DNA from: Octopus vulgaris
Taxonomy: Eukaryota
Reading direction: 5' to 3'
Assembly: GCA_951406725.2 (NCBI GenBank)
Contig: OX597815.1
Location: 3,782,001-3,846,000 of the forward strand
Length of the DNA stretch: 64,000 nucleotides
In this document: piece by piece, positions 39,940 to 53,485 of the stretch
Position numbering within the stretch: the first letter of the stretch is position 1
Layout of the letters: each line of letters opens with the position of its first letter
Program-made: the position numbers and the translations under genes
Notes under the pieces: generated by a model
Told to the model about the DNA's origin: nothing
Database searches by the model: none
What the model saw: the letters and a program-made list of their open reading frames with translations, nothing else

Positions 39940-40136
39940 ATTGAAAAAAACAGGTCGACAGAATTTTGGAAAAAAATATTTTTATCTATTCATTATTAAT
40001 AGCGCTTTCTTCCGTTTCTGAAACTTGTCAAATAGAATTCTATTTGACAAGTTTGAGAAACGGAAGAAAGCGCTAATAATAATGAATAAATATAAAGGGT
40101 TTTTTTCCCAAAATTCTGTCGACGGTTTTTCTTAAT
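39940..40136. repeat. ~195-bp loopless palindrome centred on GAATTC (40035-40040) with an HHR-like 3' half
   Basis: Arms GTCGACAGAATTTTGG…CTTGTCAAATA and TATTTGACAAG…CCAAAATTCTGTCGAC; GAAA-GCGC-UA at 40066-40075. Confidence 0.9.
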
Positions 40137-40173
40137 ATGTATATATTTGTATGTATGTTTGTATGTATGTATG

Positions 40174-40251
<78 letters not shown>

Positions 40252-40419
40252 AAGACTACTTGGTGTAATTGATAATTATTCCAAATTAATTAATTTCACC
40301 TTCATATATATATATATATATGTATGTATATATATATATATATATATATACACTAAAACTCAAACGCATTACAAAGACATGCGTATGTACATATTATGTG
40401 TTCGAGTCTATATATATAT

Positions 40420-40580
40420 AAACTTAGATAAACTTAGATATGTTTCGACCAGAGATTGGTCCAGGCCATGTGTAACTTAATAGCACCACCTGATAGGATT
40501 ATTCGAATCCTGTTTAAGTCAAGTTTTGTTCAAGTAGTGAGTTCTTGTTGGGTGAGTTGTATCCAATTATGGGTGGCTTA
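40420..40580 (-). mobile_element. CR1-like LINE extreme 3' end
   Basis: Near-identical to 22333-22503; (AAACTTAGAT)2 tail next to (TA)n. Confidence 0.85.
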
Positions 40581-41280
40581 TATATGTATGTATGTATGTA
40601 TGGATGGATGGATGGATGGATGGATGGATGGATGGATGGATGGATGGATGGATGGATGGATGGATGGATGGATGGATGGATTTGGATGGGTGGATGGGTG
40701 GATGGACTTGCATTGAAGAATATGCATGCATACCTGGGTCTAGGAATTTGCTTATACCCAACTTGAATCAAAATATCTTGGACAATAACGATAAGATGTT
40801 CTTCTCCCCAGAAATGTCAAGTCCCAAGGACACAGGCATATTACAGTGTCTGGGGACGGAGGGAACATTCCCGTCCATCTGGGATTTTCCCTTCGTTAAA
40901 AGAAAACGAAAAGAAACAGTTAAGCTGTTGGATAAGACTTTCAACGGACATCAAAATAAGGAAGCGTTATCGAGTGGCCCTACGCTGCAAAGAGGAAGGG
41001 ACAGAAAGAAAAAAACTTGAGACAGATGAAGATACCAAATAGCCTTTTATTGTTTTTCGGTATTGTTCTTGGTAATTGTCTGCAGAGAAGTGAAGAAAAA
41101 GAATATCTTGGAAACCCAAAAAAAACTGAATCTATGGAAACTGAGATCAAGCGTTATGAGAGCCTCAACAACTAAGTGGAATGGCTGCCGTGTGTTGAGT
41201 CGGAAATGAGTTTCAGGCATCTATCTATCTACCTACATATCTATCTATCTATCTATGAATATATGTATGTGTTTGTATTG

Positions 41281-41365
<85 letters not shown>

Positions 41366-41461
41366 GTATATGTATATATATACACACACAATACAAACAC
41401 ATATGCATATATTCATACCTAATATGTATGTAGATCGATAGATAGATAGATAGATAGATAG

Positions 41462-41494
<33 letters not shown>

Positions 41495-41520
41495 AATAAA
41501 TAGATAGATAGATAGGTAGG

Positions 41521-41604
<84 letters not shown>

Positions 41605-41959
41605 CCTATATGTGTGTGTATATATATATATAAGTATGATTCGTATAAATGGACATTCAAAAAACAAATAATACTCTAGCAGTACCATATAGAAGGGAAT
41701 CAGATCTTTGTCCATTTCATTAGAAAGGTCAGCGGTTGACATTTTGTTTCACCATCTCAAAGAAAATTAAGAACAACAAAAACACTGGGGTAAATAAAAA
41801 ATAATAATTTTGAACATCATCCCTGCAACCCCCACCACCCCCACAATGTTTGATGCCACTACCAACAGCACCACCGCCACCAACACCACCACTACGAAAC
41901 ATCATTGCCAACAACGCCACCGCTACAAACAACAACAATAACACCACCAATTGGCCTTC

Positions 41960-42248
41960 CGTCGGTTACGACGACAAAGGTTCCAGTTGATCCGATCAAC
42001 GGAACAGCGTTGAAATTAACGTGCAAGTGGCTGAGCACTCCACAGTTCTCAAGGATATTCAGCATGACACATAATGTAACAAGGCTGGCCCATTAAATTA
42101 CAGGTACAACTCATTTTTTGTCAGCTGAGTGGACTGGAGCAACGTGAAATAAAGCCTCTTGCTCAAGGATACAACTCGCCGCCAGAATCGAACTCACGAC
42201 CTTCCGATCGTGAGCCCCAAACCCGTAACCACTAAGCTATGCAGCTTC
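41960..42248 (-). mobile_element. SINE family C
   Basis: AGCTGAGTGGACTGGAGCAACGTGAAATAAAG…TTGCTCAAGGA. Confidence 0.8.
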
Positions 42249-42467
42249 ACTAACACTACCAACACCACCCCCAACACAACTCCCGCTAATAACACCAATA
42301 CCAACATAGAGACGACCAACACCACTACTACAAATAACAATAACATCAACAACACTTATCCCCAAGAAACACGTGTCGGATTGGAATTTGATGAGAAAGA
42401 ATAATGATTTAATAAATAAAATTTGAAAACGTATAATCTGTTCAACTCTAGGCACAAGGCCCGAAAT

Positions 42468-42542
<75 letters not shown>

Positions 42543-42638
42543 ATGTATATATATATATGTGATTCAAAATGTCACCGCGTGTGTATCGTTGGCGATTTTT
42601 TCCCTCCATCTTCCTTTCCTTGGATCTTTCCTTTTCCT

Positions 42639-42673
42639 GTTTCTGACGAAGAGCTTCGCTCGAAACGTTAAAT
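42639..42673 (+). ncRNA. Minimal HHR, family P1 (element ~42563-42779), canonical core
   Basis: GUUU-CUGACGA-A-GAGC-UUC-GCUC-GAAA-CG-UU-AAAU; loopless palindromic stem III. Confidence 0.85.
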
Positions 42674-42774
42674 CCTCCTTCTTTTTTTCCTTTCCTGAGC
42701 GCCCAATAACATTATACTTGTCCCACGTCCTCGCGTTCTTGTGATTTCTCTTTGTTTTCTTATCATGCTTGGAT

Positions 42775-42837
<63 letters not shown>

Positions 42838-42897
42838 GTACATATATACATATATACATATATACATATATATATATACATATATATATAAATATAT

Positions 42898-42940
<43 letters not shown>

Positions 42941-43099
42941 CTCCTTATGCAGAGTTTGACCATCTGCTGTACCTACACCTTAGAATCATTTTGGCATTTG
43001 ATGTAGCCTTTTAAACCAATGTTCTGAAAAGACACCCACATAGATTGCACATCCGATTTGGACCACCAAGAACAGCAGATAAGTTCTGATCTTTGTAGG

Positions 43100-43315
43100 T
43101 CTTAAAATGTCATTTGAGGCCTCCGTTAGATTTGCAGACCTTATGGCACACACAGCATTGAAATGTGTACACAGACATATAGGCAGAAAAGTTGGTGGAG
43201 TAAGAACGCCCCATTTAAAGGTTTAAAATGCGGTGAAGACATTTTTGACAGAATCTTTCATAGCAAATCGATGTTTCAGAAGAATACAACAGGAATGGTA
43301 AGACAAACGTTTTGT
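43100..43315 (-). mobile_element. RTE-clade LINE remnant, internally deleted
   Basis: YKTFVLPFLLYSSET…ERFCQKCLHRIL resembles the RTE LLYG.ETW / F...CLRRIL motif; followed by a CxxC-like KVCKSNGGLK segment. Confidence 0.65.
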
Positions 43316-43801
43316 ATGCATGTATGTGTGTATGTATGTATGCATGTATGTATGTATGTATGTATGCATGTATGTATATATGTGTGTATGTATGTACGTA
43401 CGTATGTATGTATGTATGTATGTATGTATGTTTGTATGTATGTATGTATGTATGCATGAATGTATATACGTACGTATGTATGTATGTATGTATGTATGTA
43501 TGTATGTATGTATGTATGCATGAATGTATGTATGTATGTATGCATGTATGTATATATGTGTGTATGTATGTATGTATGCATGTATGTATATATGTGTGTA
43601 TGTATGTATGTATGCATGAATGTATGTATGTATGTATGTATGTATGTATGTATGCATGAATGTATGTATGTATGTATGTATGCATGTATGTATATATGTG
43701 TGTATGTAAGTATGTATGTACGTATGTCTGTATGTATGTATGTATGTGTGTATGTATGTGTAGACAGAGAGTATGTATGTATATATATGTATGTATGAAT
43801 G

Positions 43802-43835
<34 letters not shown>

Positions 43836-44053
43836 TGTATGTATGCATGTATGTATATATGTATGTATGTATGTATGTGTGTATGTATGTGTAGACAGAG
43901 AGTATGTATGTATATATGTATGCATGAATGTATGTAAAATGCATGTATGTATGTGTGTGTATGTATGTATGCGTGCGTGTATGCATGTATGTATGTATGT
44001 ATGTATGTATGTATGCATGTATGTATGTATGTATGTATATGTATGTATGTATG

Positions 44054-44087
<34 letters not shown>

Positions 44088-44101
44088 TGTATATATGTAT
44101 G

Positions 44102-44135
<34 letters not shown>

Positions 44136-44176
44136 TGTATGTATGTATGTGTATGTATGTGTGTATGTATGTATGT

Positions 44177-44228
<52 letters not shown>
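43315..44228. repeat. ~900-bp compound (TATG)n tract
   Basis: Seen directly. Confidence 0.95.
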
Positions 44229-44230
<2 letters not shown>

Positions 44231-45110
44231 CTTAGATAACTTGGATATGTTTCGGCCAAAATTAGCCCAGGCCACGTCTAACTTAGTAGCACCACCTGAT
44301 ATGGTCTGCTAAGTCATTTCAAAGCCAGGTTTTGTGGTACCATGGCCCATTCAAGCAGGGAGTTGCTGTTGGCTGAAAAGTAGCCAGGTATTGGTGGCTT
44401 ACCTGGTATCCCTTAAAGACATTTGTCCTTCTTCCGTTTGAAGATGATAGAATCTTTTTCTTCGAATTATTTTGGGATAAGTTTTTAAAAAGTAGGGTCT
44501 GTCGAGGAAAAGAAACTGTGTTGCAGTGAATTGATGTGTTGTGATCCTGAATCATATAGGGAGTGTATAGTATGTGGTCCTAGCCTTGGGTGAATTCTGA
44601 ATCTAAAGTTAAGGTTATTTGAGCAAAGCTCCCGATTGTACAAATGATGTAAAGCTCGCTGCAGCGCCGGAGAGAACAAAGATTCAAAGTTTTAAGGCGG
44701 TCCCAGGAATCAAGATCTGTTATGCCCTTAATATTTATAGTGAATGCTCTTTGGAGTGACTCAGTTCTCGTAATGTTTTGTTTGGTGTGGGGAGACCAGA
44801 GGGGGAAGCAGTATTCTGGGTGTGGCCGTACGAAGGAGGAGAAGAGAGGAATGATGATATCTTGCTCTCTGAACCGGAAAGCTTTCAAGGTCCAGGAGCT
44901 CATCCTACGATCCATATCGACCTTATTGTTGATGTGACCACTCCAGCTGAGATTGTCGTCAACAATCACATCTAAGTGCCTGATATCATTAGATGATGTG
45001 AGTTGTTTCCCTGAAGGAAGAGAATATGGTTGTTTGTGCGCAGCCTTTTACCCAAAATGCATCAGTTCAAATTTTCCCTTATTTAACCGTATTTTGTTTT
45101 TGTCTGTCCA
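44229..45110 (-). mobile_element. CR1-clade LINE 3' ~900 bp, frameshifted
   Basis: HLDVIVDDNLSWSGHI…FSSFVRPHPEYCFPLWSPH…WDRLKTLNLCSL; HPRLGP; same tail as 22333. Confidence 0.9.
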
Positions 45111-45627
45111 GGGATCGAGGTGTAGAAAGAAAGTTAGCTTCGAGCAACCCGTAGTAAATATAAAGACCAACCTTTAGGGACAATAGGGGTTTACTGAGAT
45201 GGAAGGTGGCGGATTTTTTTCGTATCGAAGTTCGATAAACTGAAAATAGTTCTTTTGCTATTCCACGGTAGGCGACCAGGGTTGCCAGGTGTGCGAATAA
45301 GAATACAAGAGTTACGGAATGGAGCAGATAAGATCTGGGCTACCTATGTTTCATAGCGAGCAGAACCTCAGAAGTGGTAAATACACAGGCGAGGTGTATA
45401 CCGCAGGCTGCTCTTCAGGCTAAAGATATCTTGATTAAAGTAACGGGTATATTGTCGCGAGGATACACATGTTGACGCATAGAAGAACGGTATAAAGCTC
45501 ACTTGGATTTTTACCACTTTTTACCATATGGATACATGCATACATACATACATACATACATACGGACAGATAGACAGACAGACAGACAGGCAGGCAGGCA
45601 GGCGGGAAGGCAGGCAGGCAGAGAGAC

Positions 45628-45776
<149 letters not shown>

Positions 45777-45777
45777 C

Positions 45778-45849
<72 letters not shown>

Positions 45850-46464
45850 GTTATATACCACTGCCTACGACACCACCTCTGTCAACAACATCCCCAAGAC
45901 CAATACGAACAATGGCACCATCACCAGCGCTGACACCTGTAGAGAAGAAAAACCAAGGACTTCCCCCCAACTCCAACACCCTCCACACTAACATCCACAT
46001 CACCCCCAACAATGACACCACCGACACCAGCACCACCGCAAACGACACCAATCCTAAAACCCTGACGCCGCTCCACCACCATCAACCCCACCACCAACTA
46101 GAATCACTGCAACAACATCAGTTTCAAGACCACCAATACGCCCAGAACCGCCGCCGCCGCCGCCCCTGTCGCCGCCACTACCACCACCGCCAACACCGCC
46201 ACCACCACAACAGATTCTGTCGAAGATTTGGCGAGGAAAGAGCGAAAGTAGCGATATTTTTTGAACAGGTGTTGATTGATGTATATGTACACACCCCTCT
46301 TCCCCACACCCTCCAGGCCGCACCACCAACGCCGCCACCATCGCCATCACTTCTATTAAGTGAGTGAACCATGACTGGAATGGTAGGAATGGTTATCATT
46401 TATGATCTCCTCTCCATTCTAGCAACGACCAAAGAATACCGACGACAAGAGATAGAGTTTCCAA

Positions 46465-47064
46465 GGCGGCGGCGAACTGGCAGAAACGTTAACACGCCGG
46501 GCGAAATGCGTAGCCGTATTTCGTCTGCCTTTACGTTCTGAGTTCAAATTCCGCAGAGGTCGACTTTGCCTTTCATCCTTTCGGGGTCGATTAAATAAGT
46601 ACCAGTTACGCACTGGGGTCGATGTAATCGACTTAATCCCTTTGTCTGTCCTTGTTTGTCCTCTCTGTGTTTAGCCCCTGGTGGGTAGTAAAGAAATAGG
46701 TATTTCGTCTGCCGTTACGTTCTGAGTTCAAATTCCGTCGAGGTCGACTTTGCCTTTCATCCTTTCGGGGTCAATTAAATAAGTATCAGTTACGCACTGG
46801 GGTCGATATAATCGACTTAATCCCTTTGTCTGTCCTTGTTTGTCCTCTCTGTGTTTAGCCCCTTGTGGTAGTAAAGAAATAGGTATTTCGTCTGTCGTTA
46901 CGTTCTGAGTTCAAATTCCGCCGAGGTCGACTTTGCCTTTCATCCTTTCGGGTCGATAAATAAGTACAAGCTACGCACTGGGGTCGATATTATCGGCTTA
47001 ATCCCTTTGTCTGTCCTTGTTTATCCCCTCTATGGTTTAACCACTGTGGGCAATAAAGAAATAA
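46465..47064 (+). mobile_element. SINE family A, head plus three tandem ~184-bp bodies
   Basis: GTATTTCGTCTG restarts at ~46516, ~46700 and ~46883, the last two after AAAGAAATAG. Confidence 0.9.
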
Positions 47065-47092
47065 ATATTTAATTAATATATACGATAAACTA

Positions 47093-47271
47093 AGGCAGCG
47101 AATTTGCAGAAACGTTAGCACGCCGGGCGGAGTTCAAATTCCGCCGAAGTCGACTTTGCCTTTCATCTTTTCGGGATCGATAAATTAAGTGCCAGTTGTG
47201 TATTAGGGTCGATGTAATCGACTGGGCCCATCCCCCAAAATTTCGGACCTTGTGCCTACAGTAGAAAAGAA
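47093..47271 (+). mobile_element. SINE family A, alternative tail subtype
   Basis: Tail CCCCAAAATTTCGGACCTTGTGCCTA as at 36912. Confidence 0.85.
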
Positions 47272-47574
47272 TATATACAATAAACTTTCTCACAGTTTCT
47301 GTCAAACAAATTCACTAACAAAGCATTGGTTGGCCTGGGTCTCTGATAAAAGACACTCCAGAAGCCAAGCTGTGAGACTAACCCCGAAGATGCTGCAAAG
47401 CGAATTTCTTGGCACAGTCATGCTTAAGTATTCTTGTATGGCCGAATTCCTTGGCTTTGCAAAGAATAAACCTTAAAATTCGTTGTTGTTTTTTTCCCTT
47501 TCAACTTTTTAAAATTGTAATTCTAACCATTGGAATCATTCTTTAATGAGAACAAGGGGAGGGGTGTAAGAGCG

Positions 47575-47810
47575 GACTCTAAGGGACTTGCAGTTAGGGG
47601 GTTGCATTCACGATTGCAAGATCGTATTTTCGATTCCTGGACTGGGCGATGCTTTTCTTCTTGAGCAAAACGCTTCATTTCACGTTGCTCCAGAGCTGGC
47701 AAAAGTGAGTTCCCCTGCGACGGACTGGCTTCTCACCCCAGAGACATGCTGTGATCTCAGTCACTTAGATAGCAGGTAACCGACATGATGAGTCCTAAGG
47801 CTCAAGACAG
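47575..47810 (+). mobile_element. SINE family C, diverged
   Basis: TTCGATTCCTGGACTGGGCG…TTCTTGAGCAAAAC…CACGTTGCTCCAG. Confidence 0.7.
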
Positions 47811-47931
47811 AATTACTACTAATACTACGTTAGGGTCCTTATACGATGAGGCCCTAAATTGCAAAGCGGCTGACAGAACCATTGAAGATCTGAGGTAATC
47901 AGCCAGTCTTTTCGATATTTTTAGAATTTAG

Positions 47932-48393
47932 AAGTGGCTGTGTGGTAAGTAGCTTGCTTACCAACTACATGGTTCCGGGTTCAGTCCAACTGCGTGGCAC
48001 CTTGGGCAAGTGTCTTCTCCTATAGCCTCGGGCCGACCAAAGCATTGAGTGGATTTGGTAGACGGAAACTGAAAGAAGCTCGTCGTATATATGTGTATAT
48101 ATATATGTGTGTGTATGTGTGTGTGTATGTGTGTGTGTTTGTGTGTTTGTGTTTGTGTGTGTGTGTGTGTTTGTGTGTTTGTGTGTCTGTGTTTGTCCCC
48201 ACAACATCGCTTGACAACCGATGCTGGTGTGTTTACGTCCCCGTAACCTAGCGGTTCGGCCAAAGAGTCTGATAGAATAAGTACCAGGCTTACAAAGATT
48301 AAGTCCTGGGATCGAATTGCACGACTAAAGGCGGTGCTCCAGCATGACCGCAGTCAAATGACTGAAACAAGTAAAAGAGTAAAAGAGTAAAAG
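47932..48393 (+). mobile_element. SINE family B
   Basis: Full length, (GTAAAAGA)3 tail. Confidence 0.9.
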
Positions 48394-48466
48394 AAATAAA
48401 TTACAAAAATTATATTCAAACATAACGCGAGTCCTGCAACTTATCCACTTATATATATCTGTCCGC

Positions 48467-48525
<59 letters not shown>

Positions 48526-48989
48526 CGCTCTCTGTAAAGAAGAGAGACGCGTAGCTGTCACAACCACACGGTTACGGGTTCAGTCCCACTGCATGGCACT
48601 TTGGGCACGTGTCTTCTGCTATAGCCTCGAGCAATTGTAGATGGAAACTAAAAGAAGACTGTGTGTATATATTATGTGGGTGAGTGTGTGTGTGTGTGTG
48701 TGCGTGTGTGTGTGTGAAGAGAGGCGGAAAAACTGTAGAGTCAGCATCTAGTTATTTCCCTTTACGGTTATGACTTCAAATCCCGCTAGGGGCGGCTTTA
48801 ACTTTCGTTGCTACCGGCTTTTCTTTTTTTTTTCCTTTTTGATCCTAAAGATCGATATTAGAGAAATTCCAGCAATTAATACATTGTATTGATTTTAAGG
48901 GACCATGTCATATCGTCCGGAACGAATATTCTGGCAGACGACCGAACGTCCAAACAACTACCATTGACGCTGCGGCTACTGCTGCTAAT

Positions 48990-49127
48990 GGCGATGAGAA
49001 TGATGATGATAGTGATGATGATGATAGTGATGATGATGATGATGATGATGACGACGACGACAACGACGATGATAATGATGATGATGACGACGACAATGAT
49101 GATGATGATGATGATGACGACGACGAC

Positions 49128-49161
<34 letters not shown>

Positions 49162-49318
49162 TTGATGACGATGATGACGACGACATGATGATGATGATGA
49201 TGATGATGACGACGACAATGATGATGATGATGATGATGATGACGACGACGACAACGACGATGATAATGATGATGATGACGACGACAATGATGATGATGAT
49301 GATGATGACGACGACGAC

Positions 49319-49349
<31 letters not shown>

Positions 49350-49511
49350 TTGATGACGATGATGACGACGACGACGATGATGATGATGATGATGACGACG
49401 ACAATGATGATGATGATGATGATGATGACGACGACGACAACGACGATGATAATGATGATGATGACGACGACAATGATGATGATGATGATGATGATGACGA
49501 CGACAATGATA

Positions 49512-49547
<36 letters not shown>

Positions 49548-50010
49548 TTGATGACGATGATGACGACGACAATGATGATGATGATGATGATGACGACGAC
49601 GACGATGATGATGATGATGACGACGACAATGATAATGATGATGATGATGATGTTGATGACGATGACGATGATAATGATGATGATGATGATGATGATGTTG
49701 ATGATGACAAGGATGATGATGATGATGATGACGACGACAATGATAATGATGATGATGATGATGATGATGATGTTGATGACGATGATGACGACGACAATGA
49801 TGATGATGATGATGATGATGATGGTGGTGGTCGTGGTGATGATGATGGTGGTGGTCGTGGTGATGATGATGGTGGTGGTCGTGGTGATGATGATGGTGGT
49901 GGTCGTGGTGATGATGATGGTGGTGGTCGTGGTGATGATGATGACGATGATGACGACGACGACGATGATGATGATAGTGATGATGATGTTGATCACGACG
50001 ACTGCGACGG
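48990..50010. repeat. ~1-kb (GAT/GAC)n array with higher-order units and a 24-bp x5 sub-array
   Basis: ACGACAACGACGATGATAATG recurs at ~49057, ~49247 and ~49433; TCGTGG every 24 bp from 49831 to 49927. Confidence 0.9.
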
Positions 50011-50289
50011 TGATGTTTACTGTCAACAGACGAGGGTAGCGTAAGGGACGGACGGAGGAAGTGGCCAACTGGTCAAAGTAAACTGACCACTTCCCTAATT
50101 AATTTTCTCCCTTGTTTCATTGCTTTTGTTCTTGTTTTGTTCTTGGTTTTTGCTTATATTATATATATTTGTTTTCCTTTTATTTGTTGTTTACTAAGAA
50201 TTGTTTTGTTTGGTTTTTTCTCTTTGACCACCCAAAAAGCTTTCTTGTTTAACTACACTGACCTACTGACAGAACTGTGCTGGCGGCAG

Positions 50290-50960
50290 CAGTGGCGGCG
50301 GTGGTGGTGGTGGTGGTGGTGGTGGTGGTGGTGGTGGTGGTGGTGGTGGTGGTGGTGGTGGTGGTGGTGGTGGTGGTGGTGGTGGTGGTGATAATGGTGG
50401 TGGTGGTGGTGGTGGTGGTGGTGGTGGTGGTGGTGGTGGTGGTGGTGGTGGTGGTGGTGGTGGTGGTGGTGGTGGTGGTGGTGGTGGTGGTGGTGGTGGT
50501 ATGGTGGTGGTGGTGGTGGTGGTGGTGGTGGTGGTGGTGGTGGTGGAGGCGGCGGCAGTGGCGGCGGCGGTGGCGGTGGTGGTGGTGGTGGTGGTGGTAG
50601 ATGGTGGGTGGCGAGTGAAGTTCGGGTAGGGGTGCGGTAGGGGGTTTAGAGGTCACTGGAGCGGAATGAAGGACACTGACCGACTGAATAATCATCATCG
50701 TCGTCATCATCACCATCGTCGTCGTCGTCATCATCGTCATTGTCATCACCATCATCATCATCAGCGATATCATGATCATTTTCACCACCATTTCAAATCA
50801 CCATCATCATCACCATCATCACCATCACCATCATCATCATCATCATTATCAAATCACCATCATCATCACCATCATCATCATCACCATCATCATCAATATC
50901 ATCATCATCATCATCATCATCATCCTCATCATCATCATTATCATCATCAACAACGACAAT
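50290..50960. repeat. (GGT)n array 50290-50600 and (CAT/CAC)n array 50690-50960
   Basis: Seen directly. Confidence 0.95.
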
Positions 50961-51343
50961 AACAGCACTACTATCTCCCCCGCTACCACCACCGCCATCA
51001 TCAACACTGTACAGCACCGCCATTAATTCTCTACTACTACAACTAGCGCCACCACTGTCATGGTTCTCGTCGTCACCCCCCCCCACCCCCCACCCCACCA
51101 CCACCACCGTTGCGGTTAGAGTTTCAAACAAATTAATTGATAAGATATCAAGAGCGGTTAGTTTTGCAAACTAATGTACACACAAGAATGGTAGACACAC
51201 ACCACACGCACACATGTGTGTGTGTTACATACATACATACATACATGCATGCATACATATATATATGTATATATATACACACATACATATATATGCACAC
51301 ATATATACACACACACACTCATACATATATATATATATATAAG

Positions 51344-51387
<44 letters not shown>

Positions 51388-51396
51388 AGCACACAC

Positions 51397-51438
<42 letters not shown>

Positions 51439-51439
51439 G

Positions 51440-51854
51440 CTCTTTTACTCTTTTACTTGTTTCAGTCATTTGACTGCGGCCATGCTGGAGCACCGCCTTT
51501 TTTTAGTCGAGCAAATCGACCCCGGGACTTATTCTATGTAAGCCCAGTACTTATTCTATCGGTCTCTTTTGTCGAACCGCTAAGTGACGGGGACGTAAAC
51601 ACACCAGCATCTGTTGTCAAGCAATGCTAGGGGGACAAACACAGACACACAAACACACACACACACACACATACATATATATACATACATATATACGACA
51701 GGCTTCTTTCAGTTTCCGTCTACCAAATCCACTCACAAGGCATTGGTCGGCCCGGGGCTATAGCGAAGACACTTGCCCAAGATGCACGCAGTGGGACTGA
51801 ACCCGGAACCATGTGGTTAGTTAGCAAGCTACTTACCACACATCCACTCCTGCG

Positions 51855-51856
<2 letters not shown>
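51440..51856 (-). mobile_element. SINE family B
   Basis: Full-length reverse copy. Confidence 0.9.
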
Positions 51857-51930
<74 letters not shown>

Positions 51931-51941
51931 TATATATGCAA

Positions 51942-51997
<56 letters not shown>

Positions 51998-52070
51998 AAT
52001 GTGACCGCGTGTGTAGCGTTGGCGATTTTTTTCCTCCGTCTTTCCTTCCTTGGATCTTTCCTTTTCCCAT

Positions 52071-52105
52071 GTTTCTGACGAAGAGCTCCGATCGAAACGT
52101 TAAAT
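52071..52105 (+). ncRNA. Minimal HHR, family P1 (element ~51996-52206)
   Basis: GUUU-CUGACGA-A-GAGC-UCC-GAUC-GAAA-CG-UU-AAAU; one stem II mismatch. Confidence 0.8.
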
Positions 52106-52421
52106 CCTCCTTCTTTCTTTCCTTTCCTGAGCGTCCAATAACACTATACTTGTTCCACGTCCTCGCGTTGTTGGGTTTTCTCTTTGTTTTCATGTTTGGA
52201 TTAACTATATATACACATACATAGATATTGCGTTAATTCAGGCCTGACCAGTGAGTACACGTGTTTAAGGTCTCTTTACGGCTAGCAACAGATCTCAATT
52301 TGCAGGAAACGTAGTATGATAGTCACACACGCACTCACACACACACACAGAGGAACATGTTCACACACAAGTGTAAACACAAACACGGCTACGTCGCATG
52401 AATTCAGTCAAACACACAAAC

Positions 52422-52832
52422 AGCGGTAAGATAAGAAGCTTGCTTCCCAACCACATGGTTCTGGGTTCAGTCTCACTGCGTGGCTCCTTGGTCAAGTTTC
52501 TTCTAATATAGCCTCGAACCAGCTAAAGCTTTGTCAGGAGATTTAGTAGACGGAAACTGAAAGAAGCCTGTCGTATATATATACATGTGTGTGTATGTGT
52601 GTGTGTGTGTGTGTGTGTGTTTCCGAGCCAGAAACTACAGTCTAGAAGACGAGCCTCGTACAGCTCGATGAGGACGTCCTGCAAACTCTGATGGAACAAA
52701 ATCCCATCGTAACTGTTGAGGAACTAGCAGGGATTTGTAAAGGTGGTGAAAATGATAATGATGTTGCTGATGATGATGATGGTGATGACAATGACGATGA
52801 CGACGACAATGATGGTGATGATGATGATGATG

Positions 52833-52875
<43 letters not shown>

Positions 52876-53085
52876 CCTCCACCGCCGCTTGACAACTGGT
52901 GTTGGTTTTATTTAAAACTTCTAGCGGTTCGGCAAAACGAAACCGATAGAATAAGTTCCGGGCTCAAAAAAAAAAAGAAGAAAATAAGATAATAATACTC
53001 ATTGTAAGTACTGGGATCGATTCAGTCTTCCTGGCGGTGCCCCAGTGTGGCCGCAGTCTAATGACTAAACCAAGTAAAAGTTAAA
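52422..53085 (+). mobile_element. SINE family B with an insertion in its central microsatellite
   Basis: 5' half 52422-52575 and 3' half 52875-53085. Confidence 0.75.
52621..52730 (+). pseudogene. mariner transposase fragment (HTH/linker region)
   Basis: NYSLEDEPR followed, after a deletion or frameshift, by LDEDVLQTLMEQNPIVTVEELA; resembles mariner SLED.PRSGRP…L..L.E..P..T..ELA. Confidence 0.7.
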
Positions 53086-53141
53086 ACAGATGAACACACA
53101 CACAGAAGAGAGACGGGGGGAGAGAGACCAGCAGAGATATA

Positions 53142-53369
53142 TTTCTTTACTACCCAAAAGGGGCTAAACACAGAGGGGACAAACAAGGACAGACAAACGG
53201 ACTAAGTCGATTACATTGACCCAGTGCGTAACTGGTACTTTATTTATCGACCCCGAAAGGATGAAAGGCAAAGTCGACCTCGGCGGAATTTGAACTCAGA
53301 ACGTAACGACAGACGAAATACCACTAAACATTTCGCCCGGCGCGCTAACGATTCTGCCAGCTCGCCGCC
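53142..53369 (-). mobile_element. SINE family A
   Basis: Full-length reverse copy. Confidence 0.9.
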
Positions 53370-53449
53370 CTCCAGCAGAGATAGAAATATATACACAAGC
53401 ACACGAGCACATGAACGTAGCCAAACGCACACATCGCTACGCATGCATG

Positions 53450-53485
<36 letters not shown>

